Shown: positions 20,006 through 30,610, numbered from the stretch's first letter. The stretch: DNA of 64,000 nt from an uncultured Flavobacteriales bacterium (GCA_903873905.1 CAIQQJ010000145.1:10439-74438); one strand, 5' to 3'. The notes: generated from the sequence alone by a model not told the origin. Translations and numbers: made by a program.

Positions 20006-20449
20006 ATGACTGAGAAAAAGAAACATAAGGTATTTAGACAAGGAGCCATAACTGCCAACTTCATTGCAGAAAGCATTGCAAAACACAGTGGGAAAACAAA
20101 TATTGGCGCTCATGATATTTTTTTAGGGCAAGTGCGAAATGATTTAATTGAAAACAAAACAGTCGTTGCAATTGACTATTCTGCATATGAGGAAATGGCG
20201 GAACAGAAATTCCATGAAATCCGTGAAGCTGCTTTTTCAAAATACAATTTGGTTTGCATGCACATATATCACAGTATAGGAATTGTAAAGGCTGGTGAAA
20301 TTTGTTTGTTTGTTTTTGTCTCTTCAAAACACAGAACAGATGCCTTTGATGCTTGCCGTGAAATTGTGGAGCAGATAAAAGCACAAGTTCCCATCTGGGG
20401 AAAAGAAATATTTGAGGACGAATCTCACGTGTGGAAAATAAATAACTGA
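20006..20449 (+). CDS. moaE: Molybdopterin synthase catalytic subunit
   Basis: F.GQVR...Y.AY.EMA...H..G....GE...SSKHR..AF...K..VPIWGKE. Confidence 0.95.
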   Translation: MTEKKKHKVFRQGAITANFIAESIAKHSGKTNIGAHDIFLGQVRNDLIENKTVVAIDYSAYEEMAEQKFHEIREAAFSKYNLVCMHIYHSIGIVKAGEICLFVFVSSKHRTDAFDACREIVEQIKAQVPIWGKEIFEDESHVWKINN

Positions 20450-20474
20450 AAATATATTTTTAAAATTTATTGAA

Positions 20475-21392
20475 ATGGTAGACATAACTTTCAAATCAAG
20501 CACACTTCGCACTGCAAAAGCACAGGCAATCCTAAAAGTCAGTAAAAAAGAAACTGTTGATGCAATCCTCAACAAAAGCGTTCCCAAGGGAGATGTTTTT
20601 GAAATGGCTAAAACCGCAGGTCTTTTTGCCGTCAAGCGAACCAGCGACATGATTCCCGATTGTCATCCCATGCCAATAGAATATACTGCTGTTCGATATG
20701 ACATTAAAGGTTTGGAAATTTTTATTGAAATAGAAGTTCATACCATTTATAAAACAGGAATTGAAGTCGAAGCGATGCATGGTGCATCTGTCGTTGCATT
20801 AACCATGTATGATATGTTGAAACCAATTGACAAGGGAATTGAAATTCACAGCATAAAATTATTGGAGAAAAAAGGTGGCAAGTCAGACTTCATAGATAAA
20901 TTCAGAACTGATTTGAAAGCAGCCGTAATTGTTTGTTCAGATAGTATTTCAGCAGGAAAAAAAACGGATAAAGCTGGAAAAGCAATTATCAATAAATTAG
21001 AATTGTGCAAAGTTTCCATATCTGATTATTCCATCATTCCAGATGACATTAAAGTGATTCAGGAAAAAGTATTGAGTTTATATGCTGCAAAAAATGACAT
21101 CATTATTTTAACTGGCGGCACAGGTCTTTCTCCTCGTGACAATTCTCCAGAAGCAATAAAACCATTGTTAGACAGAGAAGTTCCTGGCATAATGGAAGCC
21201 GCAAGAAATTACGGACAAGACCGCACGCCGTTTTCCATGTTATCTCGAGGCATTGCCGGAATGAAAGGCAACACGCTAATAATGACACTGCCAGGTTCAA
21301 CAAAAGGTGCGCAAGAATCAATGAACGCCTTGTTTCCTCCTATTCTACATATTTTTAGAATTGTTGAAGGCGCGCAACATTACGGGGAATAA
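20475..21392 (+). CDS. moaCB: Bifunctional MoaC/MoaB (MogA-like) protein
   Basis: MVDIT.K...KGDV...IPDCHP...TGIEVEAM (MoaC) fused to [12 protein letters not shown]...LPGS (MoaB/MogA). Confidence 0.95.
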   Translation: MVDITFKSSTLRTAKAQAILKVSKKETVDAILNKSVPKGDVFEMAKTAGLFAVKRTSDMIPDCHPMPIEYTAVRYDIKGLEIFIEIEVHTIYKTGIEVEAMHGASVVALTMYDMLKPIDKGIEIHSIKLLEKKGGKSDFIDKFRTDLKAAVIVCSDSISAGKKTDKAGKAIINKLELCKVSISDYSIIPDDIKVIQEKVLSLYAAKNDIIILTGGTGLSPRDNSPEAIKPLLDREVPGIMEAARNYGQDRTPFSMLSRGIAGMKGNTLIMTLPGSTKGAQESMNALFPPILHIFRIVEGAQHYGE

Positions 21393-21453
21393 ATTCCTTA
21401 AATGTTTTGAAAAAATACTTGCCACTGATTTATTGTGGTAATAAGCTTCATCA

Positions 21454-22668
21454 TTACTGAAGAATAAATTTTCTTGTTGCAATTACATTCCCCATCTCGT
21501 CATAAACAACGCAACAATAATTTCCAGACGGACAATTTCTAATTGTCACATCGAATGCATTTTCTCTTTTTTCCATTGCAAACATAGAAGTAACATCTCT
21601 TCCATCCATTGCCACTATTCTCAGAAATGAAAAGTTTCCCACAGTTGTACCAAAAGACAACGTAAACCTTTCTGATACAGGATTAGGACTCAACGAAATT
21701 TCCACGTTTGACAAACTCTCCTCTACTCCAACTATTCCTGAGTACGCAAAAAAATCACCCAGCATGTTTCCATTATAACCCGTTCCCAAATAAGCAACAC
21801 CATTTATCACAAATGAAATTGCATTCTTCCTTCCCGATGCAGGCAAACTTGTTCTTTGTATCCATTGATCCGTGAAATAATCATATTCCCAAACATCATT
21901 TTTGTAATTGAAATTGTTGTCTTCTCCAGTTGCGATGTAAGCATTGGGAAATATTCCCCAACCTGTTGCACCCGCACGTGGACTGCCAGGAAAATTTGTT
22001 TTCTGAACCCACATATTTTGAAATACAAGATATTGCCAGAAATCATTACGCATAATTCCATCGTAGCCTGTTCCAACGTAACCCTGAGCTCCCATTGATA
22101 ATCCAACAGCCTGTTTGCGTGGAGTACCTGCAAAATCTGAAACGTAGCCCCAAATATTATTTACAGGATCATATTTGAAAAAGTCCTTTCGCAATCCGCT
22201 TGCATCTTCACCCGTTCCTACATAAGCGATTCCATCAATTACAAATGCTACTGCACCTCTTCGTGCACTGCCCGGAAAGTCCGCCTTCTGGGTCCATACA
22301 TCCAATGAAGGATCATATTCCCAATTGTCTTTCAGAAAATCTGTGTTGTCGCCTTGTCCAGTACAAACATATCCTTTATTAAAAGCAGAGAATGCACATG
22401 CAGAACCTCGACTTAATCCGCCACCATTTACACCACCCATCGATTGCTCATTATCCCAATTGTCTTGAAGCACTTTGTAGGAATACATTTTGCGAATGAA
22501 CCCAGTGTTATCAAGTCCTGTTACAACCCAACCTTTTCCAATAGCAGTGAAAGCGGCACAGACGGTTTTGTTTGCTCCATTGATGGAATCTTTCTGCACC
22601 CAAGAATCCTGTGCACTCAGTGAGATGCCAATTGAAACTGAAAACAAAAAAATATAAAACTTCTTCAT
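21454..22668 (-). CDS. Kelch-repeat T9SS type A cargo protein (paralog 3)
   Basis: Repeated R..A.AF....GYVGTG...DFWEY....W.QK.DFPG; C-terminal SPNPV...G.Y...RKFI CTD. Confidence 0.9.
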   Translation of the reverse strand: MKKFYIFLFSVSIGISLSAQDSWVQKDSINGANKTVCAAFTAIGKGWVVTGLDNTGFIRKMYSYKVLQDNWDNEQSMGGVNGGGLSRGSACAFSAFNKGYVCTGQGDNTDFLKDNWEYDPSLDVWTQKADFPGSARRGAVAFVIDGIAYVGTGEDASGLRKDFFKYDPVNNIWGYVSDFAGTPRKQAVGLSMGAQGYVGTGYDGIMRNDFWQYLVFQNMWVQKTNFPGSPRAGATGWGIFPNAYIATGEDNNFNYKNDVWEYDYFTDQWIQRTSLPASGRKNAISFVINGVAYLGTGYNGNMLGDFFAYSGIVGVEESLSNVEISLSPNPVSERFTLSFGTTVGNFSFLRIVAMDGRDVTSMFAMEKRENAFDVTIRNCPSGNYCCVVYDEMGNVIATRKFILQ

Positions 22669-22671
22669 CGC

Positions 22672-23895
22672 TTAAAGGAATATCATTTTTTTCGTCCCAA
22701 CTCTATTACCACTTCTATCCTTTGCCACCAACAAATAAACACCTGAATCAATTCCATTTCGATCCAAATTATTGGTTGTATTATTACTCAACTCTACACT
22801 CCTAATTAATTTTCCTTCTAATGTAAAAAGTAAATAAATCACATTTTCATTTCTTCCATTCTCAATTGTAAATTGTTCACTAACTGGATTCGGGAAAACA
22901 AAAATTTCTTCTGCGGAATAACTTTCTTCCATTCCAAGAATCGAAACGGGCGAATATTCATATATGGTTTGTTTCTTTCCGCTGTAACCATTGCCAGTTC
23001 CGACAAATGCCCTTCCTCCAACAGCAAATGCCACCGCACATTTCCTTGCGCTGCCTCCATACGAAGCTCGTGATGTCCACGAATCTAAGAATGGATTGTA
23101 TTCCCACAAATCATTTTTCAATCCACCATCAACACCCAAACAAACAAATCCGCGTTCTCCCAATGTAAAAGTGCATGCAGATCCGCGTTCTCCTCCTGCA
23201 AAATCCGATTTCTGAATCCATGTATCAGAACCTGGATGGTATTCCCAAATATCTTTTTTGTAAACATTATAATCCACACCAAGTCCTACATATGCCAAAT
23301 TATCAATTACAAAACTGCTGAGTTGATAACGAACTCCTCCAGGGAAATCTGCGCGTTGAGTCCATTCATCTGTTGAAGGCTTGTATTCCCAAACTTCATC
23401 AATGTAAGTTGCGGAACCAACTTTTCCTCCGCAAACATATCCCTTATGATCTAGACAAAATGCCGTTGCAAAATAAACTCCACCTCCCGACCCACCAGGA
23501 TAACTCGCCTTTTGTGTCCACACATTAGATGCTGGATTATATTCCCAAAAATCACTATGAATTATTCCAGTAAAAGATTCTGTGCTGTCAACTCCCATTC
23601 CCACGTACCCTTTACCATCAATGGCGAAACCAATAGCATCTCTCCTTACAAAAGAAGGCAAATTTGCTTTTTGTGTCCATGTATCAAGCATAACATCATA
23701 TTCCCACAAATCATTGCAAACCGTTTCAGATGTATCCACTCCAGTAGCAATATATCCTTTCCCAAAAATCGAAAACGCAACAGCTCGCTCACGCTTCAAT
23801 GCACCGAAGTCCGCTTTTTTGGTCCAGAAATTTTCCGTCTGCGAAAAAGATGTTGCGCAAATGAAAATAAATAGGAATGCGAATATTCTGTTCAT
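22672..23895 (-). CDS. Kelch-repeat T9SS type A cargo protein (paralog 2)
   Basis: Six Kelch-like repeats; FPNP...SGVY...KKMI CTD. Confidence 0.9.
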   Translation of the reverse strand: MNRIFAFLFIFICATSFSQTENFWTKKADFGALKRERAVAFSIFGKGYIATGVDTSETVCNDLWEYDVMLDTWTQKANLPSFVRRDAIGFAIDGKGYVGMGVDSTESFTGIIHSDFWEYNPASNVWTQKASYPGGSGGGVYFATAFCLDHKGYVCGGKVGSATYIDEVWEYKPSTDEWTQRADFPGGVRYQLSSFVIDNLAYVGLGVDYNVYKKDIWEYHPGSDTWIQKSDFAGGERGSACTFTLGERGFVCLGVDGGLKNDLWEYNPFLDSWTSRASYGGSARKCAVAFAVGGRAFVGTGNGYSGKKQTIYEYSPVSILGMEESYSAEEIFVFPNPVSEQFTIENGRNENVIYLLFTLEGKLIRSVELSNNTTNNLDRNGIDSGVYLLVAKDRSGNRVGTKKMIFL

Positions 23896-23898
23896 CTT

Positions 23899-25050
23899 TT
23901 ATTCTCCGAAAATAATTTTTCCTGTACTGATTGTTTTTCCATCCAACAAAACCTGATAAATGTAAATGCCATCAGCTTTTCCGTTTCGTAAAATTTCACA
24001 GGATTGATCTGCAACAGTTACAACATCAGTAAGTTCACCGGATGCGGAATACATTCTCACTTCTGCTGCTTTTTCAATGTTCATTCCTTGAATCGTAAAT
24101 TTCACATATGCAGTGGCAGGATTTGGGAATGCATTTACACGAACTTTAGTTGAAGATAAATCGTTCACAGAAACATTGTCGTTCAACTCCCAAAAATCAT
24201 TCAAATTAATTCCATTTGTTCCTGTTCCAAAATAGCCGCGATTGTTGATGGTAAATGCCACAGAAAATCTTCTGCTTGTTCCAGGGAAATCATTCATTTG
24301 TGACCAAACATTGTTTCCAGGATTATATTCCCAAACTTCAGAGGTAACATTTGTAAGTGAACCAACAAAACCCGTAACAATGTATGCTTTGCCATCTCTC
24401 ACAAATGCTCCAGAACTGTTGGTTGCCAATCCTGGGAAATTTGATTTCAACAACCATTGATCATTCAGCGGTTTATATTCATATAATGTTGCTCCGCTTT
24501 TAATGTAACCACTCGCCCCCACATTAAACCCAACACACCATGTTGCAAATGAAATGGGTGCCGATTGTTTGATTGTCCAATTTCCTGTTGCAGGATCATA
24601 TTCATATAAATTATTTGCAAAAATTACATAGCCCTTATTATTCACAACAAAACATCCTTGATCACCAGGCGTACTCGGACAATTCTGAATGGCATTCCAT
24701 GTATTGGTTTGTGGATTGTATTCATAAAATTCACTTCCTAAAAAAGCTCCTCCTCCTGCATATCCACGCGTAGACGTTGCAAAAGAAATTGCCCCATAAT
24801 TAAGCGTTGGATAATCCGCCACTTGTGTCCAAGAATCGGATGAAGGATCATACGACCACCAATCTTTATACGCGATATTGATATTATTCCCATTCACATG
24901 ACCAAGTCCTACATATCCTCTATTACCAATGGCAAATGCACTCGAACGATGTCTTCCAACTCCTCCGAAATTGGTTCGTTGAATCCAAGCCTGGCTAAAT
25001 CCGGCTTGAAATAAAATCAGCAATCCAATAAGCAGAAAAAACTTCCTCAT
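23899..25050 (-). CDS. Kelch-repeat T9SS type A cargo protein (paralog 1)
   Basis: Kelch-like repeats; FPNPA...DGIY...GKII CTD. Confidence 0.9.
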   Translation of the reverse strand: MRKFFLLIGLLILFQAGFSQAWIQRTNFGGVGRHRSSAFAIGNRGYVGLGHVNGNNINIAYKDWWSYDPSSDSWTQVADYPTLNYGAISFATSTRGYAGGGAFLGSEFYEYNPQTNTWNAIQNCPSTPGDQGCFVVNNKGYVIFANNLYEYDPATGNWTIKQSAPISFATWCVGFNVGASGYIKSGATLYEYKPLNDQWLLKSNFPGLATNSSGAFVRDGKAYIVTGFVGSLTNVTSEVWEYNPGNNVWSQMNDFPGTSRRFSVAFTINNRGYFGTGTNGINLNDFWELNDNVSVNDLSSTKVRVNAFPNPATAYVKFTIQGMNIEKAAEVRMYSASGELTDVVTVADQSCEILRNGKADGIYIYQVLLDGKTISTGKIIFGE

Positions 25051-26186
25051 TCGGTGATGATTATTTTTTTGGAATAATTATTTCCAGCGCAAGTGAACTT
25101 AACAAAATAAATTCCCGGAGTAATTTCATTTGTGGAAATCTGCTCGCCATGATAATTTGAAATATGATCAACCGTATTTCCAATAAGATCAGTAATCATT
25201 ATTTCACCACTTACATTTCCAGTAATGGAAAAATAATTCTGAGCAGGATTCGGGAAAATAGAAAAATTACTTGGGGAATATTCCTCTACTCCCACAAAAT
25301 CCTCCGTGAGTTGAAGTGTGTAAAGTCCCATTTGCATTCCCCAACCTTCAACAATTACATAAGCGGTATCCACTCCAACCGTTGAAAAAGTAAGTTCACT
25401 CTGTGGTGCACAACTGCCTCCATCATCATTGTAAGTGATCACATTTCTTTGCGGATCAATCACGCTGAGAAAAGTGTCAAAATTAGAACCACACAAGGAT
25501 GCATGAATCGAACTTGAACCTGGAGAAGGAATGACACGATAGAAAACATCAGGTGAAGGATAAACTGGATTGCGATTGGAATAACAATAGGAATTATCTC
25601 CATTGTCGGTATAAGGAATACTTGCAACAATTTTCGGATCATTGATATCATCACCAACATATCCTGTACAATTCAATCCGCCAGTAATAACAATTGAAAA
25701 ATCCATCACAGAGCCCCATGAAAAAGCTCCACATGGATCAAGCGGAAGACTTCCTGCTTCATGTTGCATCACACGCATACGAGTGGTTCCATTATGTGCG
25801 CCGGCAGGAACTACAAAAGTGAAAACAGAAAGTGGAACGGGTGGTGTTCCGCTCCATGTTCCAACCGATTCACCTGCATCAAAAGTCATGCTTTGATCGT
25901 AATCAATCCAAACCTCGCCTGCACCAAGATAATTTCCATTGCAAGTTCCGAATTGAACATTCAGTGTATAAGAATTGGTTGCGTTTAATGTTGTACTTAG
26001 CACGGTCAAATCTTGAACGCCAATTACGCCTGGGCAACCAATATGAGAAATGGAGCCGGAGGAACCTGTCAATTGGACGGATTGCACATTGGAATCAACA
26101 GTAGAATTTGGACCGCCAGAAGTGCAGTATTGCGCATAGGAGAAACTGCTTAACAGCATCCCTGCAGTGATCAAAAAGATTTTCAT
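25047..26186 (-). CDS. GEVED-domain T9SS type A cargo protein
   Basis: YC.S...VWIDYDQ...F.VP...G.TRMRV...GSVMDF; second Cys-containing domain (CGSNFDT...NDD); FPNPA CTD. Confidence 0.88.
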   Translation of the reverse strand: MKIFLITAGMLLSSFSYAQYCTSGGPNSTVDSNVQSVQLTGSSGSISHIGCPGVIGVQDLTVLSTTLNATNSYTLNVQFGTCNGNYLGAGEVWIDYDQSMTFDAGESVGTWSGTPPVPLSVFTFVVPAGAHNGTTRMRVMQHEAGSLPLDPCGAFSWGSVMDFSIVITGGLNCTGYVGDDINDPKIVASIPYTDNGDNSYCYSNRNPVYPSPDVFYRVIPSPGSSSIHASLCGSNFDTFLSVIDPQRNVITYNDDGGSCAPQSELTFSTVGVDTAYVIVEGWGMQMGLYTLQLTEDFVGVEEYSPSNFSIFPNPAQNYFSITGNVSGEIMITDLIGNTVDHISNYHGEQISTNEITPGIYFVKFTCAGNNYSKKIIITE

Positions 26187-26419
26187 GTAAATGTGTTTCT
26201 GATCTAAAGTTAATTAATTAATCGTAAAAATCAGAATGGAATTCTTTTTGATTCTCAGAATTCTGCTTGAGACAACCTAATTAGCAGATGAAGAAAAATA
26301 AAATTTTGACGATTAAGTCCCTTTTGGAAAGTTAGATAGAAACATAAGCCTATTGGAAAATAGGTTGTTATATAATACAATCCTATTTCTCGCTAATTAA
26401 TTCTTTAGTAGGGCACAAT

Positions 26420-26686
26420 TTACTTCTCGAAAAATTCGCTAAGTCGAATGAATCTAGATTCAACCCAACGATCCAAATCTTTTTCATTTTTCAGAATCCG
26501 CATCACCATCGGCTCGTCCAATCCATGTCTATATTCAAAAATAACTTCTGCATCCATTCGCAATTCATAACGAACCGTTGCAATCAAAACTTTCATTCGT
26601 TCTGCCGCATCCAAATTTCCACGAGCAGTCAATTCCCGATAATCATCCTCCAACAACTGCAAATCATAATGACGAATCTCTGACAT
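26420..26686 (-). CDS. Hypothetical protein (88 aa)
   Basis: ATG-started ORF with natural composition and a TATATTCG promoter-like box upstream; no family recognised. Confidence 0.6.
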   Translation of the reverse strand: MSEIRHYDLQLLEDDYRELTARGNLDAAERMKVLIATVRYELRMDAEVIFEYRHGLDEPMVMRILKNEKDLDRWVESRFIRLSEFFEK

Positions 26687-26828
26687 ATTTCATTTCGAAT
26701 TTGCACGAATATACGAATCATTATAGGCCTTTATTGTAATTTAAAAAATCCCTATTTTATAAATGAAAATTTCTGTTTTAAACTATTTCGGAGCAGGGAA
26801 ATTTTAGTTCTCCACTTACACCTTTCGC

Positions 26829-26894
26829 GCTTTCCGCTGCAAGTCTCCCAACCCCAACAATTCTGTTGGGGTTGGGAGGCTTTACGCTGCAATC
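26829..26894. repeat. REP-like element: GCTTT(C/A)CGCTGCAA direct repeats bracketing a perfect 15-bp hairpin
   Basis: CTCCCAACCCCAACA (26845-26859), ATTC loop, TGTTGGGGTTGGGAG (26864-26878); flanking motif copies at 26829 and 26879. Confidence 0.75.
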
Positions 26895-26932
26895 ACGGCT
26901 ATTTCCGAACATCCCAGTTTCAAACAAAAAAC

Positions 26933-27060
26933 CACGGAGTCAAGGAGACACGGAGGAATTTCCATTTGTAATCCACACCTTTGTATGCACCAATTGGTAA
27001 TTGGTAATCCCGTAATTGGTAATTGTAATCTGCACATCTGTAATCTGTAATACGCACATC
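26933..27060. repeat. Short-period intergenic repeats (CACGGAGn x3; TAATTGG-type heptamers and TAATCTG/CACATCTG units)
   Basis: Read directly upstream of hrpB. Confidence 0.65.
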
Positions 27061-27066
27061 ATTTCA

Positions 27067-29544
27067 ATGAACACGAATCTCCCAATTCTTGAAATCATCC
27101 CCGATGTCAAAAAGGAATTGGCCTTACACAATACGCTCATCCTTCAAGCAGCTCCCGGCGCAGGAAAAAGCACTTACCTCCCACTCCAATTGCTACAAGA
27201 AGATTGGCTGAAAGGAAAAAAGATTTTGATGCTCGAGCCTCGAAGATTGGCTGCAAAAACAGTTGCTGCTCGTCTTGCCTTTCAATTGAATGAAGAAATC
27301 GGACAAACCGTTGGATATAAAATCCGTTTCGAAAATAAAACTTCAAAAACAACGCGACTGGAAATTCTCACCGAAGGAATTCTAACACGCATGTTGCAAA
27401 ACGATGGTGCACTGGAAGATGTTGGTCTGGTAATTTTTGATGAATTTCACGAAAGAAGTTTGCATGCCGATCTTGCGCTTGCATTATGTCGTGAAGTCCA
27501 AAATATTTTGCGTCCTGATTTAAGAATTTTGATCATGTCGGCAACACTGGATGGTGAAAAACTATCTTCCCTACTCGGCAATGCAAAAATTCTCACCAGC
27601 AAAGGCCGACAATTTCCAATCACCTTTCATTACGCTGGCTCCGACGAAAAAATTCCCTTGCACATTCAAATGACACGTCTCATCAAAAGAGCAATGTTAG
27701 AAAATGATGGTGATGTACTTGCTTTTTTTCCAGGAGCAGGAGAAATTTTACGAACGGCAGAATTACTAGAAGCAGAAAATGTTGCAGCAAAAATTTGTCC
27801 TTTGTTTGGCGATTTGCCATTTCAAGAACAACAACAGGCAATTCTTCCCAATAAAAATGGAATTAGAAAAATTGTTCTCGCAACTTCAATAGCTGAAACA
27901 AGTTTAACGATTGAAGGAATTAAAATTGTAATTGATTGCGGCATGTCGCGTGTACCGCGTTTTGATACACGATCCGGATTAACAAGATTGGAAACAATTC
28001 GTATCACCAAAGATGCTGCGGATCAACGTGCAGGTCGTGCGGGAAGATTAGGGCCTGGAGTGTGTTATCGTTTATGGACCGAAGGATTCAATCATCATTT
28101 GATTCCACATCGCTCTCCCGAAATTCTCGAAGCGGATCTTGCTCCACTCGTTCTTGAACTTTCCAATTGGGGAACACATGATTTGCAAGCACTCACTTGG
28201 CTCACGCCACCTCCAACAGGGACAATTTTTCAGGCGCAAGAACTCTTAGCGCAACTCGGAGCGCTTTCTGGTAGTAAAATAACACAACTTGGAAAGGAAA
28301 TGTTGCGTTTGCCCACACATCCACGTATTGCTCATTTGCTAACGCAGGCGCATGAAAAAAAATCATCTGCACTTGCCTGTGAAATTGCAGCGCTATTGGA
28401 AGAACGTGATCCACTTTCAAAAGATGCCGGTGCCGATTTGGTTTTACGAATTGAAGCGTTAAGAAAATTCCGAAAGAAAGAATTCGTCAATGCCGATCGA
28501 AAAAGATTGGAAAGAATTGAACGAGTCGCACAACAATGGAGAAAATTACTCAATACCGAAATTGATAATTCAGCACCTGTATCAGAAGAAGTTGGAAAAC
28601 TTTTGGCTGCAGCCTATCCCGAAAGAATCGCGAAACGAGAAAGTGGAAATCGTTATCGATTGGGTAATGGAAGAATGGCCAAATTAAGTGAAACGGATGC
28701 ACTCATTGGCGAAGATTGGATTTCAATTGCGGATTTGGAAGGTGTTGCCAATAAGGAAGGAAGAATTTTTCTCGCAGCAGCGCTTGATTCTGATGACATA
28801 AAACATCTTGCCATTGAAAAGAAAGTTTTGGAATGGGATCATCAAAAAGGAGAACTCATTGCGAGAATTGAAAAACGCGTGGGCGATATCATTCTTGAAA
28901 GCAAACCCTTAAAAATAATTTCTGAGGAAGACCGACTTGAAATTCTGCTCGATGCGGTTCGGACAAATGGTTTGGAATTATTGAATTGGTCGGAGGATGT
29001 AAATGTTTTTATTGCACGTGTCAGTTCCATTCGCAAATGGAGACCGGATGAAAATTGGCCCGATGTAAATCGTGTTCATTTACTTTCAATAGTTGAAGAA
29101 TGGCTTTCTCCCTATCTCCATAACATAAAGCGAAAAGATGATTTTCGAAAACTCGATTTGCATTTGATTTTATCTTCGTCTTTACCTTATGAAAAACAAA
29201 ATCAATTAGAAAAATTATTACCTCAAAAGATTTCAGTTCCGAGTGGCTCTGAAATCAAGATTCAATATCAGGAAGATGCCACAGCTCCGATTCTCGCGGT
29301 TCGCTTACAGGAAATTTTCGGAATGCTGGAAACACCTAGTATCAATGAAGGAAGAACAAAGTTGATGGTGCACTTGCTTTCTCCTGCCTACAGACCAGTA
29401 CAGGTAACACAGGACCTACACAGTTTTTGGAAAAATACCTACGCTGAAGTTAGAAAGGAATTACGCATGCGTTATCAAAAACATTCCTGGCCAGAAGATC
29501 CTTATACAGCCGTTGCCATTCGAGGTGCGAAAAAAAGGAAATAA
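27067..29544 (+). CDS. hrpB: ATP-dependent helicase HrpB
   Basis: APGAGKST, EPRRLAA, DEFHERS, MSAT, TSIAETSLTI and QRAGRAGR motifs; C-terminal LLSPA.RP.Q.T.DL..FW...Y.KH.WPEDP. Confidence 0.97.
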   Translation: MNTNLPILEIIPDVKKELALHNTLILQAAPGAGKSTYLPLQLLQEDWLKGKKILMLEPRRLAAKTVAARLAFQLNEEIGQTVGYKIRFENKTSKTTRLEILTEGILTRMLQNDGALEDVGLVIFDEFHERSLHADLALALCREVQNILRPDLRILIMSATLDGEKLSSLLGNAKILTSKGRQFPITFHYAGSDEKIPLHIQMTRLIKRAMLENDGDVLAFFPGAGEILRTAELLEAENVAAKICPLFGDLPFQEQQQAILPNKNGIRKIVLATSIAETSLTIEGIKIVIDCGMSRVPRFDTRSGLTRLETIRITKDAADQRAGRAGRLGPGVCYRLWTEGFNHHLIPHRSPEILEADLAPLVLELSNWGTHDLQALTWLTPPPTGTIFQAQELLAQLGALSGSKITQLGKEMLRLPTHPRIAHLLTQAHEKKSSALACEIAALLEERDPLSKDAGADLVLRIEALRKFRKKEFVNADRKRLERIERVAQQWRKLLNTEIDNSAPVSEEVGKLLAAAYPERIAKRESGNRYRLGNGRMAKLSETDALIGEDWISIADLEGVANKEGRIFLAAALDSDDIKHLAIEKKVLEWDHQKGELIARIEKRVGDIILESKPLKIISEEDRLEILLDAVRTNGLELLNWSEDVNVFIARVSSIRKWRPDENWPDVNRVHLLSIVEEWLSPYLHNIKRKDDFRKLDLHLILSSSLPYEKQNQLEKLLPQKISVPSGSEIKIQYQEDATAPILAVRLQEIFGMLETPSINEGRTKLMVHLLSPAYRPVQVTQDLHSFWKNTYAEVRKELRMRYQKHSWPEDPYTAVAIRGAKKRK

Positions 29545-29623
29545 TTGTTAATTGATGATTTGCATTAATCAAAATTTGCACAAGCAAATCACACTCCTCC
29601 ATCCTCAATCATCATATTTTCGG

Positions 29624-29631
29624 TAACTTTG
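29624..29631 (+). promoter_or_regulatory. -7 box TAACTTTG
   Basis: TAnnTTTG upstream of the CDS at 29667. Confidence 0.55.
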
Positions 29632-29666
29632 ATTTACCTCCCCATTAAAAATCAAATACTACAAGA

Positions 29667-30563
29667 ATGAAAAAAAATCTACTTTTTATCGCTGCAGTTA
29701 GCTTGATGAGTGCAGCTTCCTACGCGCAGACAATTCCTAATGCTGGATTTGAAAATTGGACTACCACCACTTTTTCAGATCCTGATAATTGGGGAACGTT
29801 CAATTCAACAACAGCTCCACTCGGTGCATCAACTGTTGAACAAGGAGCGCCTGGAAATCCTGGTAGTTTTTATATTAAAATAACTTCTAAAACAATTGCT
29901 CCATTAGGCATTGTTCCTGGTGTTGCAGTAACGGGAATTATCAACATTGCAACGCAATCCGTATCAGGTGGATTTCCAATTTCTTCACGTCCTGCTAAAC
30001 TCACAGGAAAATGGCAATACATGTCCTATGGCATAACGGATACGGGATCAGTTACCGTGTTGCTTTCGCATTGGAATACCATTACACACGCAAAAGACAC
30101 AGTTTCCTATACACATCGTTTGCTTACAGGAATGGTTATGTCTTGGGCTAGTTTTAACATTATACTCAACTATCAAAGTAGTTCATTAACTCCCGATACT
30201 GCAATGATTGTGCTTGCAGCAAGCAATGCAACACCTGCAAACAATAGTTATCTGTATGTTGATGCATTGGCATTTACAGGAGCTGTAGGAATAGATGAAA
30301 ATAGCTCTTCAGCAAATATGCTTTCTGTTTATCCAAATCCATCTAGCAATTTATTGAACGTTTCGTTTACACTTGAAAATTCTTCAAATGTAAAAGTTCA
30401 ACTACTGGACCTCAGCGGCAAACTATTACAAGAATTAAATTCCAAATCTTCGGTTGGGGAAAATACACTTTCAATGAATCTCGAAGGAATTGACAATGGA
30501 ATTTATTTCGTTCGACTTTTGACAGACAATGGAACTGAAACGAAAAAAATAGTTATTGAATAA
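29667..30563 (+). CDS. T9SS type A cargo protein with PCMD/carbohydrate-binding-like domain
   Basis: Signal peptide; QTIPNAGFENW...RP.KLTG...LYVD.L; YPNP...GIYFV...KKIV CTD. Confidence 0.85.
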   Translation: MKKNLLFIAAVSLMSAASYAQTIPNAGFENWTTTTFSDPDNWGTFNSTTAPLGASTVEQGAPGNPGSFYIKITSKTIAPLGIVPGVAVTGIINIATQSVSGGFPISSRPAKLTGKWQYMSYGITDTGSVTVLLSHWNTITHAKDTVSYTHRLLTGMVMSWASFNIILNYQSSSLTPDTAMIVLAASNATPANNSYLYVDALAFTGAVGIDENSSSANMLSVYPNPSSNLLNVSFTLENSSNVKVQLLDLSGKLLQELNSKSSVGENTLSMNLEGIDNGIYFVRLLTDNGTETKKIVIE

Positions 30564-30583
30564 TACCCTTCACACTATTTCAG

Positions 30584-30610
30584 AAAAGGCGGATTTTTTC
30601 GCCTTTTTTT
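30584..30610 (+). terminator. Intrinsic terminator
   Basis: AAAAGGCG...CGCCTTTT followed by a T run. Confidence 0.7.

Noticed and set aside
27016-27066. N-terminal extension of HrpB (MVIVICTSVICN...)
   Set aside because: It is a translation of the short-period repeats. The ATG at 27067 matches the usual start (..LPI).
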